This document shows positions 1 through 10,433 of a DNA stretch of 64,000 nt, in pieces. Source of the stretch: an uncultured Gammaproteobacteria bacterium (GTDB taxonomy: Bacteria; Patescibacteriota; Microgenomatia; UBA10105; UBA927); the NCBI GenBank assembly GCA_964361785.1, contig CAYIBX010000001.1, positions 5,857 through 69,856 of the forward strand. Reading direction: 5' to 3'. Made by a program: the position numbers and the translations under genes. Within the stretch, counting starts at the first letter, position 1; each line of letters starts with the position of its first letter. The notes beneath the pieces were generated by a model, which worked only from the letters and a program-made list of their open reading frames with translations, was not told the DNA's origin and did no database searches.

Positions 1-1
1 G

Positions 2-1132
2 TTGGCCTATAGGTCGATGATTATATTGAGAATAAGTGCCAGTGGAGAAAGAGCTCGCAATATCCTTATGTTGATAGTTTTGATGATTGTTGTTGTTGGT
101 ACGTCCGTTACTGCAATGGTTGATCGCAATCGTGTGGCTCCCGTGTGGGGAGTGCACGATATTATTCTGCAAGAAGAACAAGCATTACGATTCTTATTAC
201 AGGGAAAAAATCCGTACAAAGAGACCTACTTTGGCACTCCAGTTGAGTCATTTCACTACGCAGAGATAGATAATGAAAATGCTGTTAATCCTGCGCTCTA
301 TCATTTTGTAATGCCACCGTGGTATTTACTTTTTCCGTTTGGATTTTATGTGCTTGGTGTGAAATTATTAGGATTCTTTGATGCCCGTATGGCGCTTCTT
401 TTTTGCATGGTCGGATTACTATTGATTTTATGGAGGTGGATAAAAGATATAAATGTTAAGCGGCTTTCAGTGGTACTCGCTTCACTTTCACCATCAATCT
501 TTGATTATTTTATCGAAGGCAGGAGCGACGTGTTTGCATTTTTTTGGCTCCTTTTGTCGTTATATATATTGTCGTTAAAAAAACCAGCGATAGCTTCGTT
601 TGTTTTTGGTCTTGCGATCATGAGCAAGCAAACCATATGGATCGCGGTTCCTTTTTATTTTATGTATCTTTATGTCACAGAGGTCAGAAAAAGAAGCCGC
701 ATGTGGGTATCCGTTGTCGTTACCTGTCTTGTGTCGATGGGTCTTACACTCCCATTCTTATGGTGGGACGCGCGCGCGTTTATCGATAGTGTTTTCTTGT
801 ATCTCACCGGAGGTACCATCGGAAGTTATCCGGTATCAGGGTACGGGTTCAGTATGATACTTGTTAATGTTGGTATTATAAAAAATATCTACGACCCGTA
901 TCCATTTTATATCTATCAGGGTATGTTTGGATTGCCGCTTCTACTTTTACTTTTGCGCTGGGTCGTCAAAATACCAAAAATATCAACTGTCTTATTTTCA
1001 TACGGCACTTTTCTTTGGTTTTTTTGGTATATGAGTAGATACTTTAATAATAGTCACATAGGATACATATCACTTATTTTTTTGATTGCAGGAATGCTTT
1101 TTATGAATGAACGAGAAGCGAAAAAAATATGA
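2..1132 (+). CDS. GT-C-fold polytopic membrane glycosyltransferase (GT87/DUF2029-like), probably 5'-truncated by the window edge
   Basis: Many hydrophobic helices; HD..LQ..A...LL.GKNPY, EGRSD and KQ motifs typical of GT87-like mannosyltransferases; TGA overlaps the next ATG. Confidence 0.7.
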   Translation: MAYRSMIILRISASGERARNILMLIVLMIVVVGTSVTAMVDRNRVAPVWGVHDIILQEEQALRFLLQGKNPYKETYFGTPVESFHYAEIDNENAVNPALYHFVMPPWYLLFPFGFYVLGVKLLGFFDARMALLFCMVGLLLILWRWIKDINVKRLSVVLASLSPSIFDYFIEGRSDVFAFFWLLLSLYILSLKKPAIASFVFGLAIMSKQTIWIAVPFYFMYLYVTEVRKRSRMWVSVVVTCLVSMGLTLPFLWWDARAFIDSVFLYLTGGTIGSYPVSGYGFSMILVNVGIIKNIYDPYPFYIYQGMFGLPLLLLLLRWVVKIPKISTVLFSYGTFLWFFWYMSRYFNNSHIGYISLIFLIAGMLFMNEREAKKI

Positions 1133-2733
1133 AAGTTAGCTATATCCTACTTGGGATTATTGTCGTTCTCGCAGCGTGGCTTAGACTAACAAATCTTACC
1201 TCTAATCCGCCAGCGCTTTCATGGGATGAAGTATCTATAGGCTACAACGCGAATACTATTTTATCTAAAGGTACTGATGAGCATGGTGTGCGATTTCCTC
1301 TTGGAGCTTTTGCCGGATTTGGTGATTACAAACCATCACTTCCTATTTATCTTACCGTTCCTTTTATCGCAGTTTTTGGTTTGTCTGATTTGGCAGTTCG
1401 GTTGCCCTCTTCCATTTTTGGCATACTGACGGTGTTGTTGATGTATTTTCTTGTGAAAGAATTATTCTCCAATCAAAGACTTGCTCTTTTAAGCGCCTTA
1501 TTTTTGGCTATCTCTCCGTGGCACATTATGCTCTCTAGAACTGGATTTGAAGCAAATATTGCAGCATTTTTTGTTACACTTGGCGTGTATCTTCTATTAG
1601 TTTCACGAAAGAATTCAAACGTATTGCCTTTCGCCTTTTTGCCATTCGTCTTAGGCATGTATACGTTTAATTCAGCACGGTATGCAGGACCTCTTATCGC
1701 TTTTGGAGTGCTCTGTTTTTCGTGGGGTGCAATTTCGAAAGCGAAAACTTCTCTTTATAAAGGATTGATTATCGCAGCAATTGCTTTACTGCCGCTTATG
1801 CCGCATCTTGTTTCGAAAGAAGCCAGACTTCGGTTTCAAGAGGTAAGTATTTTTACAGATCTTCAAGTCATACTTACTTCAAACCAACGAAGTCTGGTAG
1901 ATGGAAATTCGTGGTGGTCCAAAGTCGTTGACAACAGGCGATTTGGATATGGCAGAGAATATCTTGTGCATTTTTTGGATAACGTAGAACCTCGATTTCT
2001 TTTTATCAAAGGGGATGGAAATCCTAAATTTTCTATTCAGGATACAGGACAATTACTGCTTGTTACCGCCCCGTTTATTTTTATCGGATGGTTAGCGCTT
2101 TTTGCGCGTCAGCCGAAAATAGCAGGATTGCTTCTTTTTTGGCTGTTGGCTTCCATTGCACCAGCAGCAGTTGCTCGTGAAACGCCACATGCTCTTCGGG
2201 TGGAAAATGGATTGCCGGTATGGATCATCATTACGGCATACGGATATGTACAGTTTCTGAGTATGTTTGCCGGCAAAAAGCTGCGGTTATTCGTTGGTAT
2301 TGTCATGGTTCTTTTAGTGCTTGGAAACTTTGGTTATTTTTGGCATACGTATACGACACATTATAAAAAAGAATATTCAGGCGAATGGCAATATGGGTAC
2401 AAAGAAGCTATTGAGTATAGCGAGAGTGTGAAAGAAAAGTATGACGTGATAGTACTCACAGAGAGCCTCGGCCGGCCATATATCTACACGCTTTTTTATG
2501 GAAAGTATGACCTTTCATTTTTCCAAACCACTAAAGATGCCTCGTTTGATAAAGAGGGATTTTATAATGTTTATCGGTTTGGCAAATATCGATTTGTACG
2601 ACACATAAACGAGAAGTATGAGGGTCGCGTGCTCTATATACTCCCAATAAACGAAGTCCCAGAGAATGCAAAAGTCTTAAAAAACATTTCGCTATTAAAT
2701 GGCTTTATCGGGCTTGTGATATTTGAGTTATAA
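1129..2733 (+). CDS. ArnT/PMT-like (GT39/GT83) lipid-carrier-dependent glycosyltransferase, paralogue 1
   Basis: N-terminal TM then PPALSWDEVSIGYNA..G.DEHG, DYKP, AVRLPS, ISPWH..SR..FEAN, PHALR, WQYGYK. Confidence 0.85.
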   Translation: MKVSYILLGIIVVLAAWLRLTNLTSNPPALSWDEVSIGYNANTILSKGTDEHGVRFPLGAFAGFGDYKPSLPIYLTVPFIAVFGLSDLAVRLPSSIFGILTVLLMYFLVKELFSNQRLALLSALFLAISPWHIMLSRTGFEANIAAFFVTLGVYLLLVSRKNSNVLPFAFLPFVLGMYTFNSARYAGPLIAFGVLCFSWGAISKAKTSLYKGLIIAAIALLPLMPHLVSKEARLRFQEVSIFTDLQVILTSNQRSLVDGNSWWSKVVDNRRFGYGREYLVHFLDNVEPRFLFIKGDGNPKFSIQDTGQLLLVTAPFIFIGWLALFARQPKIAGLLLFWLLASIAPAAVARETPHALRVENGLPVWIIITAYGYVQFLSMFAGKKLRLFVGIVMVLLVLGNFGYFWHTYTTHYKKEYSGEWQYGYKEAIEYSESVKEKYDVIVLTESLGRPYIYTLFYGKYDLSFFQTTKDASFDKEGFYNVYRFGKYRFVRHINEKYEGRVLYILPINEVPENAKVLKNISLLNGFIGLVIFEL

Positions 2734-2735
2734 CA

Positions 2736-4361
2736 ATGAAAAAAACATTATTGCTCGGATCAATTCTAATTCTTGCTGCGGTGCTGCGATTTTGGCAGTT
2801 AGGCGCCGTGCCGCCAAGTCCTGATTGGGATGAAGCAGCATTAGGGTACAACGCGTATTCACTGCTTACTACTGGCCGCGATGAGTATGGTACGCATTGG
2901 CCACTTGCTTTACGATCATTTGATGATTATAAGCCTCCGCTCTATGCATATTTAGCAATACCATCCATTAAAGTTTTTGGTCTTTCTCTTTTTTCCGTGA
3001 GACTGCCTGCCGCAATTATGGGTGTTTTAGGCGTCTTGGGGACATATTTTTTAGTGACCTTTTTGTTTAAAAATTTGACACTTGGACTTTTGAGCGCGAT
3101 TCTTTTGGCCATATCGCCATGGCATTTACAATTTTCGCGTATCGCATTTGAAGCAAATGTTGGGGTGACCCTCAATATTTGGGGCATGTATTTTCTTTTT
3201 AAGTCTTTAAACAATGGCAAGGTGATGCCAATTTCTGCTTTTATTTTAGGACTCGGGTTTTACGCGTATCATAGTGAGAGAGTATTTATACCCCTTTTTA
3301 TTCTTTTGGTGTTCGTGTTGTTTAGTAAGAAGTTTTTCGCAAAGTGGAAATATTTTTTAGTATCTCTCGGAGTAGGTGCTATTATCGTCGCTCCATTATT
3401 TCCCATTGTTTTCGGAAACAATGGCCTTACCCGGCTGAAAGGAACCAGTAGCCTTTCCGATCAGACGGGTCTACTTTCTAAAAGTGTAGCTAGGTTAGAA
3501 GACGATGTAATACGCGGGGATTTATTTGGCGCCATGTGGGAAAACAGACGCTTGGTGTATGTCAAGACTATTGCAGATGGATACCTCTCACATTTTTCTC
3601 TCAAATGGTTGTTTTTGACGGGGGACAATGGGCGACATCATGCGCCTGATATGGGCCTTATGTATCTTTGGGAATTGCCATTTTTTCTTTGGGGCATGGT
3701 GGAGGTGTTTAAACGCGGCGGTGTCAATGCAAAATTACTTTTTGGATGGCTTCTGTTAGTCCCTGTCGCTGCATCTGTCACTTCAGAGACTCCTCATGCG
3801 ATACGAACACTTGTAGCACTGCCTTTGCCGCAAATTTTTACTGCTTTTGGTCTCTTTAGCGTCTATATCAATTTTATGAAGAAGATAAAAAATCTTACAA
3901 AGAATATGCGTGTGGTTGTTTTCGCTATTTTCGTTTTTAGTTTTTTGGCTTTAGTATTTAACATCGGTTATTACTTTCATATGTACTACTCGCACATGAA
4001 CATCGAGTATTCTCAAGTTTGGCAATATGGATACAAACAAGCAGTCGAATACACAGAGGCGCATAAATCAAAGTATAAGAAGATAGTTGTGTCTACGAAA
4101 TTAGAACAACCGCACATGTTCTATTTATTTTTTATGAAATATGATCCCAGCTTCTATTTAGCTGGAGGCGGCACGGCGTCGGGTGGATTTGCCGAGGTGA
4201 GAAACAGATTTGATGTGTATGAATTTCGGCCTATTCACTGGCCGAATGAATTGCACGACGGCTCGATTTTGTATGTAGGAACACCGCGGGAAATTCTTAC
4301 AGATCCCATATACAGAATTTCATTTCTTAATGGGTTCGAGGCGATACGAATTGCAGAGTAA
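2736..4361 (+). CDS. ArnT/PMT-like glycosyltransferase, paralogue 2
   Basis: PPSPDWDEAALGYNAYS..GRDEYG, DDYKPP, ISPWHLQFSRIAFEAN, PHAIR, WQYGYK. Confidence 0.85.
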   Translation: MKKTLLLGSILILAAVLRFWQLGAVPPSPDWDEAALGYNAYSLLTTGRDEYGTHWPLALRSFDDYKPPLYAYLAIPSIKVFGLSLFSVRLPAAIMGVLGVLGTYFLVTFLFKNLTLGLLSAILLAISPWHLQFSRIAFEANVGVTLNIWGMYFLFKSLNNGKVMPISAFILGLGFYAYHSERVFIPLFILLVFVLFSKKFFAKWKYFLVSLGVGAIIVAPLFPIVFGNNGLTRLKGTSSLSDQTGLLSKSVARLEDDVIRGDLFGAMWENRRLVYVKTIADGYLSHFSLKWLFLTGDNGRHHAPDMGLMYLWELPFFLWGMVEVFKRGGVNAKLLFGWLLLVPVAASVTSETPHAIRTLVALPLPQIFTAFGLFSVYINFMKKIKNLTKNMRVVVFAIFVFSFLALVFNIGYYFHMYYSHMNIEYSQVWQYGYKQAVEYTEAHKSKYKKIVVSTKLEQPHMFYLFFMKYDPSFYLAGGGTASGGFAEVRNRFDVYEFRPIHWPNELHDGSILYVGTPREILTDPIYRISFLNGFEAIRIAE

Positions 4362-4366
4362 AAGGC

Positions 4367-6010
4367 ATGTCTATGTTTAATCGTACATATTTAGGTTTCA
4401 CGTTCATTTTACTTTTTGCAGCGTTTTTGCGGCTTTATGCATTGGCTTTCGTGCCGCCTTCACCTTCTCTTGATGAAGTTTCCATAGGCTACAACGCATA
4501 TTCCATACTTACGACGGGCAAAGATGAGTATGGGTATAGATTGCCGCTTCTTCTTCGCGCGTATGATGATTGGCGCCCTGCGCTGTACGTATACATGGTC
4601 ATCCCGTTTGTAAAATTAATGGGTCTTTCATCTTTAGCTGTTCGATTTCCGTCTATAATTTTGTCGCTTTTTGCTGTGTATCTGATGTTTCGTCTCGGCA
4701 AACTTTTTTCGCGGTTTAACAGTCGATTACGATACTTAGGTGAGGCGGCATCGTTTTTTATAGCAATATCGCCGTGGCATATTTATATTTCCCGTTTAGG
4801 ACATGAAGCGAATTTAGGATTTACGTTAACGCTTGCGGGAGTGTATGCACTGTGTGTGTTTATTATAGAAAAAAAACAATGGTATCTTTTGTGGGCATCA
4901 ATATTGTTTGGCGCCTCACTTCATGGGTACCAAAGTCAAAAAGTTATTACACCAATTCTTCTTATAGCATTTGGCGCAATGTATTGGAAAGAATGCGTAA
5001 AACATATAAAAGCGGCGTGTCTATCAGTATGTGTATTTCTTCTTATTGTACTTCCTGCCGTGTATGTAACGGTTACCGGAGAGGGATTGAGCAGGCTTAA
5101 AGGTACGAGTGCATTCTCTGTCGATGCCCCAGTGTACACACAAGCGTTTCAAGCCTTACAAATTGCAAAAAGTTCTAACGACGTTATAGGAAAGATAATA
5201 AATAATCATAAAGTAGTTATGGCAAGAGTTTTTACCAATAATTACTTTTCTCATTTTGCCCCACCATGGTTATTTATGGGAAGCGAACGGGAAGCTCATA
5301 AAGTGCCGAATATGGGCCTTTTGTATTCATGGGAATTGGTAAGTGTACTTGTGGGGCTTATTTATCTTATTGTTTTTAGCAGTATAGATTTTCGTGTATT
5401 GCTTTTTTTATTGGTGTGGGGACTTTCAGGCCCATTGCCCGCCGCGATTACAACCCAAGCTCCACACGCCATGCGTAGCTTTACATGGCTTCCTCCATTG
5501 GCGCTTATCAGCGCTATTGGTGTGTTGGAATTATGGTATGTCGCAAGAAAAATTACATGGACGCGCTGGATTATCGTAGGAGGAATTATTTTATTAAGCC
5601 TCATGCAATTTGGAAAAGGGTATTTTATAACGTTTCCTCGTACACAATCAGATTCGTTTCAGTATGCCATGAAAGATACGATGGCTTTTGTACAGGGAAC
5701 GAAAAATGAATATAAACAAATTGTCTTTTCAAATAACAGCAATTTGTATCAGTCGTATATGTTTTATCTTTTTTATACCTCGTTTGATCCTAGCCGTTAT
5801 CAAACGCTCGGCGGCAGTGTGTCAGGCGGATATGACAAGCCGCATACGATTAAGAATTTTGAATTTCGCTCAATAAACTGGTCTACAGAAGTGCTCAAAG
5901 CTGATACGCTGTATATTACTGATAGTAAAGAGGCGCCTACGCGAAAACGCGTGGTAAATATATTTAAGAATCTTGACGGGAAAGAAGCAATTATTGCATT
6001 TACCTTATGA
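4367..6010 (+). CDS. ArnT/PMT-like glycosyltransferase, paralogue 3
   Basis: PPSPSLDEVSIGYNAYS..GKDEYG, DDWRP, ISPWHIYISRLGHEAN, PHAMR. Confidence 0.85.
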   Translation: MSMFNRTYLGFTFILLFAAFLRLYALAFVPPSPSLDEVSIGYNAYSILTTGKDEYGYRLPLLLRAYDDWRPALYVYMVIPFVKLMGLSSLAVRFPSIILSLFAVYLMFRLGKLFSRFNSRLRYLGEAASFFIAISPWHIYISRLGHEANLGFTLTLAGVYALCVFIIEKKQWYLLWASILFGASLHGYQSQKVITPILLIAFGAMYWKECVKHIKAACLSVCVFLLIVLPAVYVTVTGEGLSRLKGTSAFSVDAPVYTQAFQALQIAKSSNDVIGKIINNHKVVMARVFTNNYFSHFAPPWLFMGSEREAHKVPNMGLLYSWELVSVLVGLIYLIVFSSIDFRVLLFLLVWGLSGPLPAAITTQAPHAMRSFTWLPPLALISAIGVLELWYVARKITWTRWIIVGGIILLSLMQFGKGYFITFPRTQSDSFQYAMKDTMAFVQGTKNEYKQIVFSNNSNLYQSYMFYLFYTSFDPSRYQTLGGSVSGGYDKPHTIKNFEFRSINWSTEVLKADTLYITDSKEAPTRKRVVNIFKNLDGKEAIIAFTL

Positions 6011-7530
6011 AAAATTTTCATCACCGAAATACGCGCCGGTATGTACTACTACTTATTATCATTATCCTCATTGGATTATTGCCAAGAGCGGTAGAGATCT
6101 TAAGCGGTAATTTTCTCTTTGGGTACGATATGGGACTGTTTTTTGAGAAGGTTAAACGTATTGTCGTTGATCATACGTTTACACTCATCGGTGAAGAGGT
6201 TGGCGGGAGGGGAGGATTTTTTCAAGGTCCGGGATTTTATTATCTTTTGGCTATTCCATTTTTCTTATCCGGTGGTGATCCGTATAGCGGGATGGTGCTG
6301 ATGTTTTTGACTGGATCAGCAACACTTATTCTGACAGCGGTGCTTGCCGCTCGGGCCTTGGGATGGATAGAGGCGTTGTTTATTGTTTTTCTTATGGCTG
6401 TTTCGCCTGCGATGGTGGCGCAATCCCGCTTTATATGGAATCCTTTTTTTATCCCATTGATAACCGTTGGCGTATTATTTCTTTTTTATGAAGTTCTCAA
6501 AAAGAAAGAAATTACGCTTCCAGCACTATTTTTGAGTCTTTCAATGATGTTTCATTTTGAAATAGCTACGGGCATTATGATGTTTTTGGAATTTTCTATC
6601 TTCACCGCGTATCTATGGCGTGTGCGCATGGTGCGTGGAAGGTATGTATTGGCTGCGTATGCAGCATTTTTCCTATCTCAAATTCATTTTGTTTTGTTTG
6701 ATTTGCGTCACGACTTTCTTATCACCAAAGGTATTCTAGCCACGGCATTTGGCAAAGATCCCTCTTCCCACAATGTTACCTTGTTATACGCACAGCGTAT
6801 GATTGAGAATCACTGGGATGTGTTTCGGTATAATTTTTTATCTACTTTCGCGTATTCAAATGTAATTTGGCCGGTGTTACTCGTGTTGGTCGGGGTTGGT
6901 GCATATGCCATGATACGGGATAAGCATGTAGATGATGCGCATAAAAAGTTTCTTGTATTTTTGTGTATTTCGCCAATTGTTATGTTTGTTTTATATATGA
7001 AATATCTTTGGCCGATGTGGGAGTGGTGGTTATTGGAGCTGGGTGTTGTTTATATATTTGTGGTTGGACTCGTTTTTTCATGGGGGTGGAAGCGAGGTAG
7101 CATATGGAGGGGAATTGTCGCTATACTTACATGCTTGTTTCTTTTTTCGCATATAAACTCAACGATTCAGTTTTATCGATTAGACTATCACGATTATGGC
7201 GGCACGCATAAAATTCGAGGAAAAATAGATGCTATAGATTCAATCTACCAAGATGCAGCCGGTAAACCATTTAATCTTCTTGTATTTACGCCGCCCGTAT
7301 ATACATATCCGTATGATTATTTATTTTGGTGGCATGGAAAGAGAAAATACGGGTATGTACCAACAAAAGAAAAAAAAGATACGTTCTATCTTCTTATTGA
7401 GCCAGATCCACAAAAGCCATGGAGTTATGAAGGCTGGCTTGAGACAGTTATTAAAACCGGCACAGTAGAGAAAACTTGGAAATTACCGAGCGGATTTATT
7501 ATTGAAAAAAGAGTGGAGATGTCTCCATGA
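6007..7530 (+). CDS. GT-C (GT39-like) membrane glycosyltransferase
   Basis: Polytopic; FGYDMG, LIG...GFFQGPGFYYLLA, SRFIWNP, FDLRHDF, VFTPPVYTYPYDYLF motifs. Confidence 0.75.
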   Translation: MKNFHHRNTRRYVLLLIIIILIGLLPRAVEILSGNFLFGYDMGLFFEKVKRIVVDHTFTLIGEEVGGRGGFFQGPGFYYLLAIPFFLSGGDPYSGMVLMFLTGSATLILTAVLAARALGWIEALFIVFLMAVSPAMVAQSRFIWNPFFIPLITVGVLFLFYEVLKKKEITLPALFLSLSMMFHFEIATGIMMFLEFSIFTAYLWRVRMVRGRYVLAAYAAFFLSQIHFVLFDLRHDFLITKGILATAFGKDPSSHNVTLLYAQRMIENHWDVFRYNFLSTFAYSNVIWPVLLVLVGVGAYAMIRDKHVDDAHKKFLVFLCISPIVMFVLYMKYLWPMWEWWLLELGVVYIFVVGLVFSWGWKRGSIWRGIVAILTCLFLFSHINSTIQFYRLDYHDYGGTHKIRGKIDAIDSIYQDAAGKPFNLLVFTPPVYTYPYDYLFWWHGKRKYGYVPTKEKKDTFYLLIEPDPQKPWSYEGWLETVIKTGTVEKTWKLPSGFIIEKRVEMSP

Positions 7531-9149
7531 AGAAACTATCTTTTAACTGGTTTATCTGGCTTATACTTCTTATTGTTTCGCTACTACCTCTTTTTGACTT
7601 GTTTAATTCAGGATTGCCCATAACGCATGATGGCAAAGATCATGTCGCAAGGATTGCCAATTTTTATCAATCTCTTTCTGAAGGTAACTTTGTTCCGCGA
7701 TGGGCTGGTAACCTTAACTGGGGATATGGGCATCCGGTGATGATGTTTTTGTATCCGTTGCCCTCTTATATTGCGTCAGCGTTTCATGTAATCGGATTTT
7801 CATTGGTCGATAGTGTCAAGCTTGTTTTTGCATTTGGATTTATTGCAAGTGTTGTATCTATGTATCTGTTTGCCTCATATCGTTTTGGCTATTTAGCTGG
7901 GATTCTTGCAGCATTGCTCTATGGTTTTGCTCCTTACAGGTTTGTGGATATGTATGTGCGCGGGGCAATTGGTGAACATATGGCGTTTATTTTCCTGCCA
8001 CTTGTTCTTTTAGGTTTATGGCAATCATCTATCGTTCTCATCGCAATGAGTATGGCCTTTTTACTTCTTTCTCATAATGCGGTGAGCTTGATGATGCTTC
8101 CTATCATAGCAGTATTTGTGGTGTACCTACTGGTTTTTGAGTCGAAGCGAAAACGGGAATTTCTTTTTAGATCTCTGACCGGTTTAATCCTAGGATTTGT
8201 CTTGTCTGCATTTTTTTGGTTGCCGGCCTATATGGAAGGCAAATACACACTGCGAGACATAGTAACCAAAGGCGAATTTACTTCACGGTTTGTTAATGTA
8301 GCTGATTTTTTCAACCCTACTTGGGGATATGGCACGGCAAATGAAATATCAAAGTTTTTGGGGTTTTCAAACATTTTTATTTTATTGTTAGCTCTGGTTC
8401 TTTTTCATTCGATGAGAAAGCCGTCAAAAGTACTGATTGGCGGCGCGTTGCTTTATACAATAGTATCTCTCGTATTAATGACTAATGTATCAGCGCCTGT
8501 TTGGCAGATAGTTTCGCTCATTCAGAAATTTCAGTTTCCGTGGAGGTTTTTACATGTCACGACGTTTCTGATTCCTATCATCGGGGCAGTTGTTGTTTCA
8601 CATATTGACATCAAGCGAAGGTTAAAAGTTGTCATAGTTTTTTCTGTTATCGCTATTATCGGTAGTTTTTCGATGTGGCATGCAAGAGATTACGTATCGA
8701 TGTCTGACAGTAATTTTACCGGTATGTATAATGGCACTACGGATACAGGAGAGAGCTCACCGATCTGGTCTATTCGTTTTATGGAAACGAAAGCCAAAGC
8801 TCCTATCGAAGTGATCAGCGGAAAAGGCGTGTCGATCTTTGTTGGCCCACGAAGGAGCACACATCATTCATATCGTGTCTTTTCGTTAGAATCTACGAAG
8901 CTTGTAGAAAATACACTCTATTTTCCCAATTGGGAGGTGTTTGTAGATAAAACACCTGTCCCTATAGAATTTCAAAATCCTAACTATCGTGGCTTACTGA
9001 CATTTGATGTCCCTGCAGGGGATCATGCAGTTGATGTTGTGTTTACGGACACCAAGCTTCGTATATTGGCCAATTGGATTTCAATCGGAGGATTTATGCT
9101 CACAATTGGGTTTCTTGTTACAATGCGATTATGGCAAAAAAGAACGTAA
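7527..9149 (+). CDS. YfhO/PTPS-related membrane protein, GT-C-like, paralogue 1
   Basis: THDG..H.AR, PRWAG.LNWGYG.P...YP, YVRGA.GE, FFWLP, QFPWRFL; C-terminal LYFPNW.V.VD beta domain and final TM. Confidence 0.75.
   Translation: MKKLSFNWFIWLILLIVSLLPLFDLFNSGLPITHDGKDHVARIANFYQSLSEGNFVPRWAGNLNWGYGHPVMMFLYPLPSYIASAFHVIGFSLVDSVKLVFAFGFIASVVSMYLFASYRFGYLAGILAALLYGFAPYRFVDMYVRGAIGEHMAFIFLPLVLLGLWQSSIVLIAMSMAFLLLSHNAVSLMMLPIIAVFVVYLLVFESKRKREFLFRSLTGLILGFVLSAFFWLPAYMEGKYTLRDIVTKGEFTSRFVNVADFFNPTWGYGTANEISKFLGFSNIFILLLALVLFHSMRKPSKVLIGGALLYTIVSLVLMTNVSAPVWQIVSLIQKFQFPWRFLHVTTFLIPIIGAVVVSHIDIKRRLKVVIVFSVIAIIGSFSMWHARDYVSMSDSNFTGMYNGTTDTGESSPIWSIRFMETKAKAPIEVISGKGVSIFVGPRRSTHHSYRVFSLESTKLVENTLYFPNWEVFVDKTPVPIEFQNPNYRGLLTFDVPAGDHAVDVVFTDTKLRILANWISIGGFMLTIGFLVTMRLWQKRT
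9116..9124 (+). promoter_or_regulatory. Extended -10 promoter (TG-T-TACAAT), probably leaderless, for the GT2 at 9131
   Basis: TGTTACAAT followed by a 6-nt spacer and ATG 9131; no Shine-Dalgarno. Confidence 0.5.
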
Positions 9150-9901
9150 CCATTTCTGTAGCAATTGCGACGCACAATGAAGCTGTCAAACTCGGGGACT
9201 GTTTGTCTTCAGTAGCATCGTGGGCAGATGAACTAGTGGTTGTTGATGGCGGATCAGTAGATGGAACGCCTGAGATAGCAAAGCGGTTTGGCGCTATCGT
9301 ATACAAACGGGATAACCCACCTATGTTTCATATAAATAAACAGTATGCCATAAATGCGTGTAGGTGTGATTGGATATTACAGTTAGATGCAGATGAGATT
9401 ATAAGCCCAAAGCTTCGAGGCGAAATTCAGTCAGTAATAAAGAAAAAGAATACAAATATTGGGTATCAAATGCCCAGAAAAAATTTCTTCATTGGTAAGT
9501 GGCTTTCCAAAGGAGGGCAGTATCCTGATTATCTTGTGCGTTTGTTTAAAAGGGGTAAAGGTATATTGCCTTGTAAGTCAGTACATGAGCAGATTGTCAT
9601 AGATGGAGAGATCGGAACGCTTACAGAACCACTCCTTCACTATACCAACAACACGCTCGAAGAGTATTGGGCAAAAGCGGATACGTATACGTCGCTTACA
9701 GCTCTAGATTTGCGAAAGATGTATAAAACCCCAACGCTTAATTTATTGTTATCGTATTGTTTGATTAAACCGATTGTTACATTTTTTTCGATCTATCTTC
9801 GACACAAGGGGTTTGTCGATGGATGGCAGGGCATGCAATTTGCACTATTTTCAAGCCTTCACTTTCCTATGGCATACAAAAAGTTTAGAGCGTTACGATG
9901 A
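9131..9901 (+). CDS. GT2 glycosyltransferase (WaaE/beta-1,4-glucosyltransferase-like)
   Basis: ISVAIATHNE, VVDGGSVDGT, WILQLDADE, YPDY..RLF, VHE; start moved to ATG 9131. Confidence 0.85.
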   Translation: MAKKNVTISVAIATHNEAVKLGDCLSSVASWADELVVVDGGSVDGTPEIAKRFGAIVYKRDNPPMFHINKQYAINACRCDWILQLDADEIISPKLRGEIQSVIKKKNTNIGYQMPRKNFFIGKWLSKGGQYPDYLVRLFKRGKGILPCKSVHEQIVIDGEIGTLTEPLLHYTNNTLEEYWAKADTYTSLTALDLRKMYKTPTLNLLLSYCLIKPIVTFFSIYLRHKGFVDGWQGMQFALFSSLHFPMAYKKFRALR

Positions 9902-9902
9902 C

Positions 9903-10433
9903 ATGAAATATATTGTTTCTATACTTCTTTTTGCAATAGTCATTTTTACTCCCGCACGTGTACATGCTGAATACGTATTGCCATATCCATCATTCATGCC
10001 CGGAAATAAAATTTATAGAGTGTCAAGAATGTTTGATCAGCTGAAACGATATTGGAGTTTTGGCAGTATTGCGCAAACAAAATATACCATGAATATGGCA
10101 GATAAATATCTTGTTGAGGCAAAGACGCTATTTGAGTACAAACAGTATTTATTGGCTTTTGACGCATTAGACCGGTCTGACAAGGAGATTGTGAAATTAT
10201 CAAAACAAGTTCAGAGTGGCATTGAAGAAAAGAAAAATATGTCGCTCGTTGTCGAATCTATAAAAGAAGAGATGAGCGTTCACGAGATGTTACTTACAAA
10301 GCTCCAAAAAGAAATGCCATCAGAGTTTATATGGACGCCGGAAAAGCAAGCTTCTACCGTATTATCCATTCGTGAGAGGTTGATGATATCTATAAAACTT
10401 CGTCAAGATATACGCGTGAGTATGAATGAGTAA
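9903..10433 (+). CDS. Secreted helical protein, DUF5667-like
   Basis: Signal peptide ending VHA; YVLPYPSFMPGNKIY...ADKYLVEA; start at ATG 9903. Confidence 0.6.
   Translation: MKYIVSILLFAIVIFTPARVHAEYVLPYPSFMPGNKIYRVSRMFDQLKRYWSFGSIAQTKYTMNMADKYLVEAKTLFEYKQYLLAFDALDRSDKEIVKLSKQVQSGIEEKKNMSLVVESIKEEMSVHEMLLTKLQKEMPSEFIWTPEKQASTVLSIRERLMISIKLRQDIRVSMNE

Noticed and set aside
768-779. Palindrome ACGCGCGCGCGT
   Set aside because: Encodes ordinary residues (DARAF) and shares no ends with the micro-elements
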